The notes beneath the pieces are model-generated. The model made no database searches. It had not been told where the DNA came from and saw nothing but the letters and a program-made list of their open reading frames with translations. From NCBI GenBank assembly GCA_021157965.1, contig JAGGVO010000041.1, positions 224,119 to 256,118 of the forward strand: a stretch of 32,000 bases of DNA, given 5' to 3'. The position numbers and the translations under genes were made by a program. Shown in pieces: positions 1-9,645 of the stretch; position 1 is the first letter of the stretch; the number at the start of each line of letters is the position of its first letter. The DNA is from Fidelibacterota bacterium. Lineage in GTDB: Bacteria > Fidelibacterota > Fidelibacteria > Fidelibacterales > Fidelibacteraceae.

Positions 1-22
1 ATGATGATGTGTAATCTGGATT

Positions 23-454
23 TCATCGTTCCACCAGGGCTGTGGTTTGACCTCCCGGGAGGATGAAAAGGGCTTTTTTGCTTTCACCCCGTATCTCCGG
101 CGGTGAAATGATTCGGACCGGAGACGCCAGGATTTCATTCCATACACGGTCCATATCACTCACACGCATGACGATGGTGTCTGTTCCCGGGATTCCGGCT
201 GTTATTATGAAGCCCTTGTTAAAAACATAACATGTCCTGTCCTTTGTTATTACGTGATCCAGCTTCTTTATGCGAAGAACTTCCTCGAAAAAAAAAGCAT
301 CGGCTTCAGGATCCTGTGAGGGAACGACCCATTCTCCGGACAGGATAAGGGGTTCTTCCGGCAGGTTCCGAATCAGCGTCGTGTTGAAAAACCAGATAAT
401 AACGGCAATCAGGATAAGAATTGCCGAAACACGTTGTATGGGGCTAATGCTCAT
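23..454 (-). CDS. hypothetical membrane-anchored protein
   Basis: The track ORF 23..487 begins with TTG. The internal ATG at 454 gives MSISPIQRVSAILILIAVIIWFF, one N-terminal hydrophobic helix followed by about 120 aa of soluble sequence. No motif recognised. It overlaps the upstream CPBP gene by 11 nt on the same strand. Confidence 0.4.
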   Translation of the reverse strand: MSISPIQRVSAILILIAVIIWFFNTTLIRNLPEEPLILSGEWVVPSQDPEADAFFFEEVLRIKKLDHVITKDRTCYVFNKGFIITAGIPGTDTIVMRVSDMDRVWNEILASPVRIISPPEIRGESKKALFILPGGQTTALVER

Positions 455-1121
455 GAAAAAAGACTTTTGCAGCTTTGGGAAAAACAAAGAGGTTCATCAG
501 GTTCACACTCAGGTGTATACCCCATGGCATGACGAGACTTTGGCGGGTGACGATAAAATATGAGAGAATCAGGCTTGTAATAAATATCCATACTGTGGCA
601 CTTATTTGCTGAATGTTGGTATGGACGAAGGCAAAGATGGCGGACAGGAGTATTGCCGCCCACAACCAGTGAGTCCATACGGAGATCAGTGCCATAAAAA
701 GGTAAGCCCGGAACAGAATCTCTTCCACCAATGAGGCGCTCAGGTTAATGGCAAAAGCCCAGCGGCGCTGGACAGGGGTTTGGGGGATGAGTTCGTCCTG
801 CCGGGACAGGCGCTCGATGGGTGATTCACCTTTAATACGGCTGATAAGCCATTCCAGAAAAAGAAAAAGGAAGGAAAGAACTGCTCCGGCCAAAAGACCC
901 AGGACCAAATCAGGGATCAGATTCTCCAGGGTAAATAATCCACCAACACGGGATAACCACCGGTATAAAGAATCGTATTTAAGGGGATTTATGGAATAGA
1001 AAAGCCAGACAATGGCCGGAATGGCAGCGGTAAAGAGCCATAAAAAAATCTGCTGATAGAATCCAATGGGACTCCACACCAATGAGGCAGAAATTTTAAG
1101 GTCATTCGGGTCCTTGTCCAT
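444..1121 (-). CDS. CPBP family intramembrane glutamic endopeptidase (CAAX protease/Abi-like)
   Basis: Polytopic membrane protein carrying the family motifs EEILFRAYLF (EExxxR), FAFVH (FxxxH) and HLSVN (HxxxN). AAGGA Shine-Dalgarno site upstream of the ATG at 1121. Confidence 0.75.
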   Translation of the reverse strand: MDKDPNDLKISASLVWSPIGFYQQIFLWLFTAAIPAIVWLFYSINPLKYDSLYRWLSRVGGLFTLENLIPDLVLGLLAGAVLSFLFLFLEWLISRIKGESPIERLSRQDELIPQTPVQRRWAFAINLSASLVEEILFRAYLFMALISVWTHWLWAAILLSAIFAFVHTNIQQISATVWIFITSLILSYFIVTRQSLVMPWGIHLSVNLMNLFVFPKAAKVFFHEH

Positions 1122-1138
1122 ATTTCCTTATCACAGGT

Positions 1139-1627
1139 TTACAGGGTTTTTTTGATTTCTTCCTCCCAGAAGGTGCGGGGACGGTAGCCGGTTACTTTGT
1201 TGACAATTCTGCCTTTTTTATCGATAACGAAGGTTGTGGGAATGCTTTGAAAATTGTCGTAATTCCTGACCACTTCCGGTGTAAACATAACTACGGGATA
1301 TTGAATCCCCATGTTCTGAATGTATTTATCCACTGCTTCCCAGCCGGTCTGGTCAACTGAAACTCCCACGATCATAAGACCATCCTCTTTATACTGATCA
1401 TACAAATCGATAAAATCGGGAATTTCGCGCTGGCAGGGTGGACACCAGGTGGCCCAGAAGTTCAAAATAATCATTTTTCCTTTATGATCGGACAAAATAA
1501 AGGTTTCCCCGTATCCGTTACGGAGTGTGAAATCCGGTGCATCTTTCAGGTTTTCTTTATTCTTATTGCATCCGGTCAGCATCATGGTCATGACCAGTAT
1601 AGACATCACAAACAAGCTTTTTTTCAT
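1139..1627 (-). CDS. TlpA/ResA-like thiol-disulfide oxidoreductase lipoprotein
   Basis: Signal peptide with lipobox (MMLTGC). Thioredoxin-fold active site FWATWCPPCQREIP. AGGAGA Shine-Dalgarno site upstream. Confidence 0.85.
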   Translation of the reverse strand: MKKSLFVMSILVMTMMLTGCNKNKENLKDAPDFTLRNGYGETFILSDHKGKMIILNFWATWCPPCQREIPDFIDLYDQYKEDGLMIVGVSVDQTGWEAVDKYIQNMGIQYPVVMFTPEVVRNYDNFQSIPTTFVIDKKGRIVNKVTGYRPRTFWEEEIKKTL

Positions 1628-1699
1628 TTTACGTCTCCTGTTTTTCTTTTAACCTTTTTAACCATCACGTTTGTTTTTAGGCGGTTAAAAGAAAAAAAG

Positions 1700-2167
1700 T
1701 TACAACTTTCCGGACTTCAACCGGCCAACCAGAAATTCCAGACCTTCCAGGTAACTCTGTTCTTTTTTTCCGGAAAATGTGGCAAGGCATACATCACGAA
1801 TCATGGACACCCGCCGAAAGGGATCACGCGAACTGATATCCGAAAGGTGAATTTCCACGACAGGGATTTTTATCAACTCAATGGCGTCCCGGATGGCAAT
1901 GCTGGTATGGGTATACGCGGCAGGATTTATCAGGATGCCGTCCACATATTTTCGCTGCCGTTGTAAGAGCGTTACCAGATTTCCTTCATGGTTAGTCTGA
2001 TAAAATTTGACATCTACATCCAGCTCCCGGGCCTTTTTACGGATGAGCGTGTTCAGTTTATCCAGGGTCAGACGGCCGTAGTGTTTCGGATCCCGGTGTC
2101 CCAGCAGATTCAAATTGGGGCCATGAAGTACAAGAATTTTTAGTTTTTTTTCAGATGGCTTTGACAA
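1700..2167 (-). CDS. aroQ: 3-dehydroquinate dehydratase, type II
   Basis: LVLHGPNLNLLG and HLSDISSRDPFR motifs typical of type II DHQase. Size is right at 155 aa. Overlaps the end of aroB. Confidence 0.92.
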   Translation of the reverse strand: MSKPSEKKLKILVLHGPNLNLLGHRDPKHYGRLTLDKLNTLIRKKARELDVDVKFYQTNHEGNLVTLLQRQRKYVDGILINPAAYTHTSIAIRDAIELIKIPVVEIHLSDISSRDPFRRVSMIRDVCLATFSGKKEQSYLEGLEFLVGRLKSGKL

Positions 2168-3260
2168 ACTGAAGGTCCTTTACCCATTCAAGAGTTTCGT
2201 AAATAATGGATTTTGGGACATCATCCCGGATCACGGCATCGCCGATTTTTTGCAGAAGCACAAACTGGATTTTCCCGTTCCGAACTTTTTTATCGTGCGT
2301 CATGGCTTCGTACATCCGGTCGGTATCGTATTTTTTCAGGGATCCGGGGACAGGTATCCGCAGGAGATGCTGAATATATTGTTGAGAGACATCCGCCGGA
2401 AGGAGGCCCATGTCGGTGCTGAGTTTTAAGGCGGCACACATACCGATAATGACAGCCTCGCCGTGGGTGTACGTTCCGTAGCCTGCCGTATGTTCCACGG
2501 CGTGGCCAATGGTGTGGCCGAAATTCAGTACCATCCGCAAATTGCTTTCATGTTCATCGGCTGATACAATGAAGGACTTGATCTCAATAGCCCGGATAAT
2601 GGCCGCATTCACATGATCCAGGTTTTTCAGGGTTAGAATCTCGGAAAAATTTTCCAGGAGGAACTGTGTAAAAATACGGTCCCTGATAAACCCATATTTA
2701 ATTACTTCTCCAAAACCGGAAACCCTCTGGCGGAATTCCAGGGTTTTAAGAACCGTCGGATCGACAATCACAATTTTCGGCTGATAGATGGCTCCAATCA
2801 GGTTTTTCCCCCGGGCATGATTGATGCCCACCTTCCCGCCAATGGAAGAATCCACCTGGGCCAGAAGGGTTGTAGGGATCTGTACCAGATTCATACCCCG
2901 GTATATGGTGGCTGCCAGAAAACCTGCCGTATCCCCTACGACGCCACCTCCCAGGGCGATGACTGTGGATCCCCGGTCCATCTTTAAATCCAGCATGGTA
3001 TCATACAGATACTGTACCGTTTTCAGGTTTTTGTTGGCTTCCCCGCTGGGCATGAGAATATAGCAAACCTGAAAGCCCTCTTGTTTCAGCGATTTTTCCA
3101 CCACATTCTTATAAAGGGCTGATACATGCTGACTGGATACAAGTACCACACGAGAGCTGATATTCAATTTTTTCAGTATGCTTCCCACAGTGGGAAGGCT
3201 CTCGTTTTTTACGTAGATGGGATAACTGCGTTCGTGAAGGTCTACTCGTATTTTATGCAT
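2151..3260 (-). CDS. aroB: 3-dehydroquinate synthase
   Basis: GGGVVGDTAGFLAATIYRGMNLVQIPTTLLAQVDSSIGGKVGINH nucleotide and metal binding block. HGEAV motif. 369 aa. Confidence 0.93.
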   Translation of the reverse strand: MHKIRVDLHERSYPIYVKNESLPTVGSILKKLNISSRVVLVSSQHVSALYKNVVEKSLKQEGFQVCYILMPSGEANKNLKTVQYLYDTMLDLKMDRGSTVIALGGGVVGDTAGFLAATIYRGMNLVQIPTTLLAQVDSSIGGKVGINHARGKNLIGAIYQPKIVIVDPTVLKTLEFRQRVSGFGEVIKYGFIRDRIFTQFLLENFSEILTLKNLDHVNAAIIRAIEIKSFIVSADEHESNLRMVLNFGHTIGHAVEHTAGYGTYTHGEAVIIGMCAALKLSTDMGLLPADVSQQYIQHLLRIPVPGSLKKYDTDRMYEAMTHDKKVRNGKIQFVLLQKIGDAVIRDDVPKSIIYETLEWVKDLQFVKAI

Positions 3261-3765
3261 TTTTTTTATCTAACTTTTCAAGAATTTCCCGAACGATGTC
3301 ACGGATGCTTCTTCCGTCGGTTTGAATATAATAATTCGCTTGTTTATAAACAAAAGTTCGTTTGTCCAGAATTTGCTGAATGTGAGCCGGCTGGAGAGGT
3401 TGAGGTAACAGAGGCCTGTTTTCACTCATTTTTACACGCTCCAGGATAGTTTGGGGTTCCGCCTGCAGCCAGATGACCACTCCCGTGGACTTCATCCATT
3501 CCCGGTTTCTTTCGTCCAGAGGAAATCCACCGCCGGTGGCAATGACCATATCAGAGGTATTGGGAAGAGGATCATGTTTTATGTCTCTTTCCAGTTTCCG
3601 GAAAGCCTCTTCACCTTCTGTCCGGAATATTTCCGGAATGCTCTTCCCTGTCTTTTTTTCCAGATAATGGTCCAGATCCAAAAAGGTGCATTTGAGTGAT
3701 TTTGCCAGAGCCTGGCCCACTTCGGTCTTGCCGGTTCCCATCATACCTGTCAGGAAGATGATCAT
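3253..3765 (-). CDS. aroK: shikimate kinase
   Basis: Walker A motif GMMGTGKTEVG at the N-terminus. 170 aa. ATGA stop/start overlap with aroC. Confidence 0.9.
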   Translation of the reverse strand: MIIFLTGMMGTGKTEVGQALAKSLKCTFLDLDHYLEKKTGKSIPEIFRTEGEEAFRKLERDIKHDPLPNTSDMVIATGGGFPLDERNREWMKSTGVVIWLQAEPQTILERVKMSENRPLLPQPLQPAHIQQILDKRTFVYKQANYYIQTDGRSIRDIVREILEKLDKKNA

Positions 3766-4901
3766 TGGAATGCTTCCCGGTGTTTCAGGGTTTCTTCCCA
3801 GCTGTCTCCGCCGAATTTCATGAGAAAAGCCTCAAGAAGGGGAATAGCCGTGACATTTTCGGCTACGACGGAGGCTGCCGGGACGGCACAACTGTCTGTC
3901 CGTTCTTTATGAGCAGATGTCTGCTTTCCTGTTTTCAAATCCACGCTGGCCAGAGGTTTGGAGAGGGTGGGGATGGGTTTCATGACGGCGGAGAAAATCA
4001 GGTCGCAGCCGTTGCTCATCCCTCCTTCAATCCCGCCGCTATGATTGGTGCTCCGGTAAATTTTCCCCTCTTTTATTTCAAGGGGGTCGTGGACACGGCT
4101 TCCCGGGAGTTCAGCTGCTTTAAATCCCAGGCCGAATTCAATCCCGCGGATGGCGGGAATCCCAAGGATTTGAGCGGCAATCATGGATGTCAGGCGCTCG
4201 TTCCATTGGGTATAACTCCCAAGACCTACAGGCAGATTCCGAACGGCGACACGGAACAGGCCTCCCAGGGAATCACCCTCTTTCCGGGCAGTGTCAATAG
4301 CTTTTATCATCAATTTTTCCGTCTTGGAATCCGGACAACGTACGGGAGATTTATCTGCCTGAATCCAGTCTGCCACAGGAGGCATGTGTTCTGGATCCAC
4401 TCCTGCCGGACCGATCCGTGTGACAATAGAGTAAAGAGAGATGCCGGCATTTTCAAGAAACTGGCGGCATACGGCCCCGGCCAGAGTTCGGACTGCAGTT
4501 TCGCGGGCACTGGCTCGCTCCAGAATATTCCGAAGATCGTCGGTTTTATACTTCAGCATGCCGGCGTAATCGGCATGACCGGGCCGGGGGACTGAAATTT
4601 TTTCCGACAAATCTGCCCGGACCGGGTCCATCGTTTTCTTCCAGTTTTCAAAATCCCGATTCCGGATGATACAGGCGAGGGGACTTCCAAGAGTCATGCT
4701 GTTTCGCAGTCCGGAAAGAATTTCCACCCGATCCGTCTCAATTCTCATCCGGCCACCCCGTCCGTAACCCTTCTGACGGCGACTCAGCTGTCGATTGATT
4801 TCATCCACATCTAAGCGGAATCCCGATGGGAGACCGTGGATGATAACGCTGAGTGCCGGACCGTGACTTTCACCGGCCGTGATACATTGGATTCGTTTCA
4901 T
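3762..4901 (-). CDS. aroC: chorismate synthase
   Basis: The GESHGPAL signature sits directly after MKRIQCITA. I start at the ATG at 4901, which forms an ATGA overlap with the aroE stop. The track ORF extends to 4985, but that 28-aa basic extension lies inside aroE. Confidence 0.9.
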   Translation of the reverse strand: MKRIQCITAGESHGPALSVIIHGLPSGFRLDVDEINRQLSRRQKGYGRGGRMRIETDRVEILSGLRNSMTLGSPLACIIRNRDFENWKKTMDPVRADLSEKISVPRPGHADYAGMLKYKTDDLRNILERASARETAVRTLAGAVCRQFLENAGISLYSIVTRIGPAGVDPEHMPPVADWIQADKSPVRCPDSKTEKLMIKAIDTARKEGDSLGGLFRVAVRNLPVGLGSYTQWNERLTSMIAAQILGIPAIRGIEFGLGFKAAELPGSRVHDPLEIKEGKIYRSTNHSGGIEGGMSNGCDLIFSAVMKPIPTLSKPLASVDLKTGKQTSAHKERTDSCAVPAASVVAENVTAIPLLEAFLMKFGGDSWEETLKHREAFQ

Positions 4902-5722
4902 GATGACATCCCCGTTTGTTTTATGATCGCCAGGCGGAGAGACTCCCGGTTGATTTTTTTCACGATGCCGGGCTCTTTTCGCCAAATGGCCTGGCTGTCA
5001 AGCGCTTGTTCAATGAGAAGTCCCAGACCATCTGCCGTTTCAATGCCATAATGCCGGAAATAACGTTGGAAATGGGTAGGCAAAGGTGCGTAATTCAAAT
5101 CAAGAAAGCTGTCCCCGGCCCTGGGGATTACCTGAAAAACCGCCGGAATTTCCGGATGGTTGACCGATCCTGCAGGTGTTGCATTGATCCAAAGTGTAGA
5201 TCCGGAATAGACCTCCTTTTCTGAATAGGGCAGAAGGTTGAATCGTGCGCAGAATTTCCGGATTGTTTCAGGAGATCTTCCGGCAATATAAATAGCATGA
5301 ATACCCTGTGATTTCAGGGCGTTGACTACCGCCGGGGCCACACCACCGTATCCAAAGAGAACATAGCGGTTAAATGAGGTGTAACCCTCAGCCTTCAGGA
5401 TCCGGACCATCCCCGTCATGTCCGTGTTCCATGCCTGGATTTCTGAATCGGAAAAATACAGCGTATTTGCCGAGCCGCATTGTTTTGCACTGATATCCTG
5501 CTGCCGGGCAAAGGGGAGGACATCTTTTTTGTAGGGGATAGTTATGTTGACTCCTGTATATCCCTCCTGTTGCAGGCGGGACAGGGTTTTTTCCAGATCG
5601 GACGGTGGAATATCAAACCGTTCATATTGAAGTGAAAGTAAACCGGTTTTTTTCCCAATAAGGGTGTGAAGGTATGGGCTGATGGAGTAGGCAATATGAT
5701 GTCCGATAATCCCCAGTTTCAT
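4898..5722 (-). CDS. aroE: shikimate 5-dehydrogenase
   Basis: SISPYLH, NTDMTG and GYGGVAPAV (NADP Rossmann) motifs. 274 aa. Confidence 0.9.
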   Translation of the reverse strand: MKLGIIGHHIAYSISPYLHTLIGKKTGLLSLQYERFDIPPSDLEKTLSRLQQEGYTGVNITIPYKKDVLPFARQQDISAKQCGSANTLYFSDSEIQAWNTDMTGMVRILKAEGYTSFNRYVLFGYGGVAPAVVNALKSQGIHAIYIAGRSPETIRKFCARFNLLPYSEKEVYSGSTLWINATPAGSVNHPEIPAVFQVIPRAGDSFLDLNYAPLPTHFQRYFRHYGIETADGLGLLIEQALDSQAIWRKEPGIVKKINRESLRLAIIKQTGMSS

Positions 5723-5725
5723 AAT

Positions 5726-7015
5726 TTACTGCCGGATTTTTTCAAGTGTGCTGAAGAAATCCGGATAGCTGATATCCACAACCGAGTAATCTTCGATAAT
5801 CACGGGGTCTGAAGCAATCAACCCGGCAATGGCCATGGTCATGGCGATCCGGTGGTCCATATAGGCATTAACGATGCCGCCGTGAAGGGGCGTGGAACCG
5901 TGGATTGTCATACCGTCCTCGTGTTCTTCAATCTCGGCACCCAGGGTTTTCAGACATGCAACGGTTGTGGCGATGCGGTCACTCTCTTTCACACGGAGTT
6001 CCCGGGCACCGCGAACGCGCGTGATTCCCTTTGCCTGAGTGGCGATGAGCGCCAGTATGGGAATTTCATCAATGAGGTCGGGAATATTTCTGGATGTCAC
6101 GGAAAATCCCTGGAGTTCTGAACTTTTTACAACAATATCTCCATAGGGTTCATGACTTCTTTTTTCTTCACTGCAGTGAATATCGGCACCGGCATTTTGC
6201 AGAAGCCTGATATATGCAATGCGCGTGGGATTCAGGCTGACATTGTTCAGGACAATGCGGCTTTTAGGAAGTAAAAGTGCCGCTGCCACCCAAAATGCAG
6301 CTGAGGAAGGATCAGCGGGCACATTATATTCAAATCCGGGAATCGGCCGTTTCAGGGTATGGACCATCCACGTGTTTTTCTTTTTGAATATGGGAATGCC
6401 CAGCATTTTCATCATCCGCTCGGTATGATCCCTGCACCGGACCGGTTCAGTCACATGGGTTTTACCCTCTGCCAGGAGTCCGGCCAGCAGGATGGCGGAT
6501 TTGACCTGTGCACTGGCCACAGGCAGGGTGTAGCGGATTCCTTTGAGTTTCGAGGGAAAAATATTTAAAGGCAGATGACCATCCGTACTGTCAAAGACGG
6601 CATTCATTTTTGACAGGGGCTCAATTATCCGTCCCATGGGCCGGCGGGAGAGAGATTCGTCACCGTAGAGAACCGATTCAAAGGACTGTCCTGCCAGAAG
6701 TCCGGCAAGAAGGCGGGTTGTGGTTCCGGAGTTCCCGCAATTAAAGGCGGTTTTATCCTCTCCGGACCAGCCATGAAGCCCCGGGCTCTTTACATTGACG
6801 GTATAGCGGCCCAATTGAAAATGAACTCCTACTTTTTGCAGGCATGCTATGGTTGAAAGGACATCCACACCTTTATTCAGATAGCGGATTTTGGATTTTC
6901 CTTTGGCAATGGCGGCAAAAATCAAGGCCCGGTGACTGATGGATTTGTCCCCCGGAAGCGAGATTTTTCCCCGGACCCGTTCAGCGGGTATTATTTTGCA
7001 GGTGTTTTTAATCAT
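5726..7015 (-). CDS. aroA: 3-phosphoshikimate 1-carboxyvinyltransferase (EPSP synthase)
   Basis: LPGDKSISHRALIFAA N-terminal signature. 429 aa. DHRIAMT near the C-terminus. Confidence 0.93.
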   Translation of the reverse strand: MIKNTCKIIPAERVRGKISLPGDKSISHRALIFAAIAKGKSKIRYLNKGVDVLSTIACLQKVGVHFQLGRYTVNVKSPGLHGWSGEDKTAFNCGNSGTTTRLLAGLLAGQSFESVLYGDESLSRRPMGRIIEPLSKMNAVFDSTDGHLPLNIFPSKLKGIRYTLPVASAQVKSAILLAGLLAEGKTHVTEPVRCRDHTERMMKMLGIPIFKKKNTWMVHTLKRPIPGFEYNVPADPSSAAFWVAAALLLPKSRIVLNNVSLNPTRIAYIRLLQNAGADIHCSEEKRSHEPYGDIVVKSSELQGFSVTSRNIPDLIDEIPILALIATQAKGITRVRGARELRVKESDRIATTVACLKTLGAEIEEHEDGMTIHGSTPLHGGIVNAYMDHRIAMTMAIAGLIASDPVIIEDYSVVDISYPDFFSTLEKIRQ

Positions 7016-8315
7016 CCATGATAACGGAAATAAAATCCGTGATATTGTAATCCAAATCCTGAATACCGGAACGGATTAGTTTCAAATTATGCAATTTTAC
7101 ACAAGTTTCGGGGGCAATCACAAAGGCATTTTGTGGAATATCTCCCCGTGACAGCATCGCGGCGGCTGCGGCGGTGTCCCGTTCTTCCACCTGAGGGATG
7201 TCAGGATAGTGGGTACTCAGATAGCTTTTGCACTGACGCAGGGCCTGAAGGTGTGAATGTATTGATGCCGGCTTTCCCTCAAAATCCGGCCGGGATAAAA
7301 GGCACTGTTTGACCAGAAAGGGGAAATGACCTGAAATTTTGCAGCGGGTCCCGGCGAGATGGGTCAGGGTTTCCTGAACTACACCGCCTACGGCATTCTG
7401 TATAGGCAGCAAACCGATGTCAATGCGTCCCAGTTCAAGATGCTCCAGCACATTTTCCGCCGATGTCAGGCAAAGCACTTCCCCGTTCACAAGCTGACGA
7501 TCCCGGATATACTGTAAAGCCGCCTCATGGGAAAAACTTCCCTCATCACCCATGGCACCGACACGGACCTTTTCTTTCCGGATGTTGAAGGACTCCTTTC
7601 GTATCAGAGACGCCACTGTATGGGTCGCTTTCATGAAAGCTCTGAACATTTCCGAGGAATGTTCATTGTACATAAGCATATCTCTGAAAAGCTGTGACGT
7701 GTCATGGCTGCAAAAGGTCTCTACTGCCCGGAGCATGCCGTATCCCTTGGTAGGTGTTTTAGACTCGGGCAAATTCAGGGTCAGAAGAATATTTCCTATA
7801 AAATGGGTGAGGCCCTGGGACTCGGCAATGTGTTTGTCATGTTCATCAGGACTTAAAATCCGGGTAAAAAAATGCCATTCCTGAAAAGTATCCCGCCATG
7901 TTTCGGCCAGTTGGGGGTATTGACCGGAAGGTGTGAGGATAATCAGGTTGACCCGGTTTTCCGCATAGCTGTCCGGACCAAAAAGAGGGTGAATCCCCAG
8001 ATGGGGGATATGGGGAATGATCTCATCCATCCACCGTACAGGATAAGCCTTCACCGATCCTGTATCAATGACTATAGATGTTGAATTGATTTTGTCCCGG
8101 TTTTCATGAAGAAAGGCCGGAATGGCCGATATGGGGATGCAGAGAAAAATCACCTCTTTTTGAAGTGCCTCATCCAGGGACACCTGTCTGATTTTCTTTT
8201 CAGGGGTTACGGAATTTATGTCGTAGACAGATACTGTCCCGTACCGGGCAAGGATAGAGGCAAAAACCCGGCCGAAACGGCCGTAACCGATGATAGCAAA
8301 TTCACGGGATTTCAT
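7008..8315 (-). CDS. bifunctional prephenate dehydrogenase / prephenate dehydratase fusion (TyrA-PheA), no ACT domain
   Basis: The N-terminal ~245 aa carry the Rossmann motif FAIIGYGRFGRVFA and a TyrA-like core (HPLFGP, DEHDKHIA). The C-terminal ~190 aa is PDT-like (VGAMGDEGSFSHEAA, PIQNAVGGVV, NITDF in place of NxTRF). The protein ends 7 aa after that motif. Confidence 0.8.
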   Translation of the reverse strand: MKSREFAIIGYGRFGRVFASILARYGTVSVYDINSVTPEKKIRQVSLDEALQKEVIFLCIPISAIPAFLHENRDKINSTSIVIDTGSVKAYPVRWMDEIIPHIPHLGIHPLFGPDSYAENRVNLIILTPSGQYPQLAETWRDTFQEWHFFTRILSPDEHDKHIAESQGLTHFIGNILLTLNLPESKTPTKGYGMLRAVETFCSHDTSQLFRDMLMYNEHSSEMFRAFMKATHTVASLIRKESFNIRKEKVRVGAMGDEGSFSHEAALQYIRDRQLVNGEVLCLTSAENVLEHLELGRIDIGLLPIQNAVGGVVQETLTHLAGTRCKISGHFPFLVKQCLLSRPDFEGKPASIHSHLQALRQCKSYLSTHYPDIPQVEERDTAAAAAMLSRGDIPQNAFVIAPETCVKLHNLKLIRSGIQDLDYNITDFISVIMDD

Positions 8316-9334
8316 TTTTTCAGCAATCCCCGCCCGATCACCTGACTGATGATATGGAGCTCTTTCATAAGATGGTTGAATTGTTTGGGGTAGAGGGATT
8401 GAGGCCCGTCAGAGAGAGCATTGATGGGATCGTCATGAACTTCCACCATGATGCCGTCCGCTCCGGCGGCTACGGCAGCCCGGGCCATGGGAACCACAAG
8501 CTCCCGGTTTCCCATGGCATGGCTTGGATCCACAATGATGGGTAAATGGGACAATTTTTTCACTACGGGGACTGAAGAGAGGTCCAGGGTAAAACGGGTG
8601 GAATTTTCAAATGTCCGGATCCCGCGTTCACATAAAATCACCTTTGAATTTCCGCCGTTCACAATATATTCGGCGGCATTCAGCCACTCTTCCACTGTGG
8701 CGGAGATGCCCCGTTTGAGGATCACCGGCTTGTCTACAGTCCCCAGGGCTTTGAGAAGGCTGTAATTCTGCATATTCCGGGCACCGACCTGAAGGGCATC
8801 CACATATTTGCAAAACAGGTCGATATCCGATATGGCCATCACTTCGGAAACACAGGGGATCCCCGATGCAAAGGCCGCATCCTGCAGGTATTTCAGTCCC
8901 TCTTCTCCCAGTCCCTGAAAGGTATAGGGGGATGACCGGGGTTTGTATGCACCGCCCCGGAGTACATGAGCACCGTAACGTTTGATTTCCCGGGAGAGCT
9001 TGTGAACCATCTTTTCATTTTCCACGGAGCAGGGACCGGCGATGACGGCGATTTCTTTGCCCCCGAAGGGGACTTTCCCCACATGGACAATGGTGTTTGA
9101 CGGCTTAAATGTCCGGGAACACTGTTTATAACTTTCTGATATCCGGATGACTTTGTTAACACCGTCAAACCCTTTGATTTTTTCGATGTCAACCCGGGAA
9201 ATATCTCCGATAATCCCAAGGATCATGTGATCTTCACCCCGGGATTTATGTATTTTCAGATCTAGTTTGTGCAGGTGCTCGGAAATCTGTTCGATTTGGG
9301 CGTCCTTTGCGCCCTGATTCATTACAATAATCAT
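8312..9334 (-). CDS. aroF: 3-deoxy-7-phosphoheptulonate (DAHP) synthase, type I-beta with N-terminal ferredoxin-like regulatory domain
   Basis: Architecture and many blocks match Thermotoga-type DAHPS: MIIVM..GIIGD N-terminal domain, IAGPCSVE, LRGGAYKPRSSPYTFQGLGEEGL, GARNMQN, ILCERGIRTF, VDPSH. Confidence 0.9.
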   Translation of the reverse strand: MIIVMNQGAKDAQIEQISEHLHKLDLKIHKSRGEDHMILGIIGDISRVDIEKIKGFDGVNKVIRISESYKQCSRTFKPSNTIVHVGKVPFGGKEIAVIAGPCSVENEKMVHKLSREIKRYGAHVLRGGAYKPRSSPYTFQGLGEEGLKYLQDAAFASGIPCVSEVMAISDIDLFCKYVDALQVGARNMQNYSLLKALGTVDKPVILKRGISATVEEWLNAAEYIVNGGNSKVILCERGIRTFENSTRFTLDLSSVPVVKKLSHLPIIVDPSHAMGNRELVVPMARAAVAAGADGIMVEVHDDPINALSDGPQSLYPKQFNHLMKELHIISQVIGRGLLKK

Positions 9335-9636
9335 GATGAATGCTCCTTGTTCTCATTCGTATCTCTGGCACCCTCTTGTCCGGCCTTACGTCCAAGGGCA
9401 ATGATCTGCGTGAACAAGGCTTTCAGGTCCGCTGGTTTTAAAAAGCGGGATTGAACGCCCTCCAGGGAGTGATAAATTTCCTCTTCACGTCCCGGAACCG
9501 TCACAGGTTGTCCTGTTTTCCCCTTCTCCCTCCCGATCTGGTAGGCCAGTTCCATCCTTTTGGTTAAAAGTTCGACCAAAGATTTGTCGATACTGTCAAT
9601 TTGGCTCCGGAGAGATTGTATGATTGTTTCATCCAT
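9331..9636 (-). CDS. chorismate mutase (AroQ class)
   Basis: 101 aa helical protein. LRSQIDSIDKSLVELLTKRMELAYQIGREK and the later PGREEEI are typical of CM type 2. ATGA overlap with the DAHPS gene. Confidence 0.85.
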   Translation of the reverse strand: MDETIIQSLRSQIDSIDKSLVELLTKRMELAYQIGREKGKTGQPVTVPGREEEIYHSLEGVQSRFLKPADLKALFTQIIALGRKAGQEGARDTNENKEHSS

Positions 9637-9645
9637 GGGAAGAAT

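Noticed and set aside
1628-1699. Inverted repeat CTTTTAACC/GGTTAAAAG downstream of aroQ (minus strand) as a terminator
   Set aside because: The stem is AU-rich with a ~30-nt loop and no following U-tract. The TlpA-like gene follows with its own AGGAGA Shine-Dalgarno site, so read-through is equally plausible. This is not good enough to call.
3765-4595. Long antisense ORFs inside well-supported genes, e.g. 3765-4595(+), 10499-11281(-), 14508-15068(-), 18862-19338(-) and 20011-20574(-)
   Set aside because: Each lies fully inside a gene with strong family motifs on the opposite strand. Their translations are low-complexity or Arg/Pro/Gly-skewed and lack motifs or Shine-Dalgarno sites. They are shadow ORFs.
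4902-4985. 28-aa N-terminal extension of chorismate synthase (MAKRARHREKNQ...)
   Set aside because: The extension lies within the aroE coding region. The ATG at 4901 gives the canonical N-terminus (MKRIQCITAGESHGPAL) and an ATGA overlap with the aroE stop.
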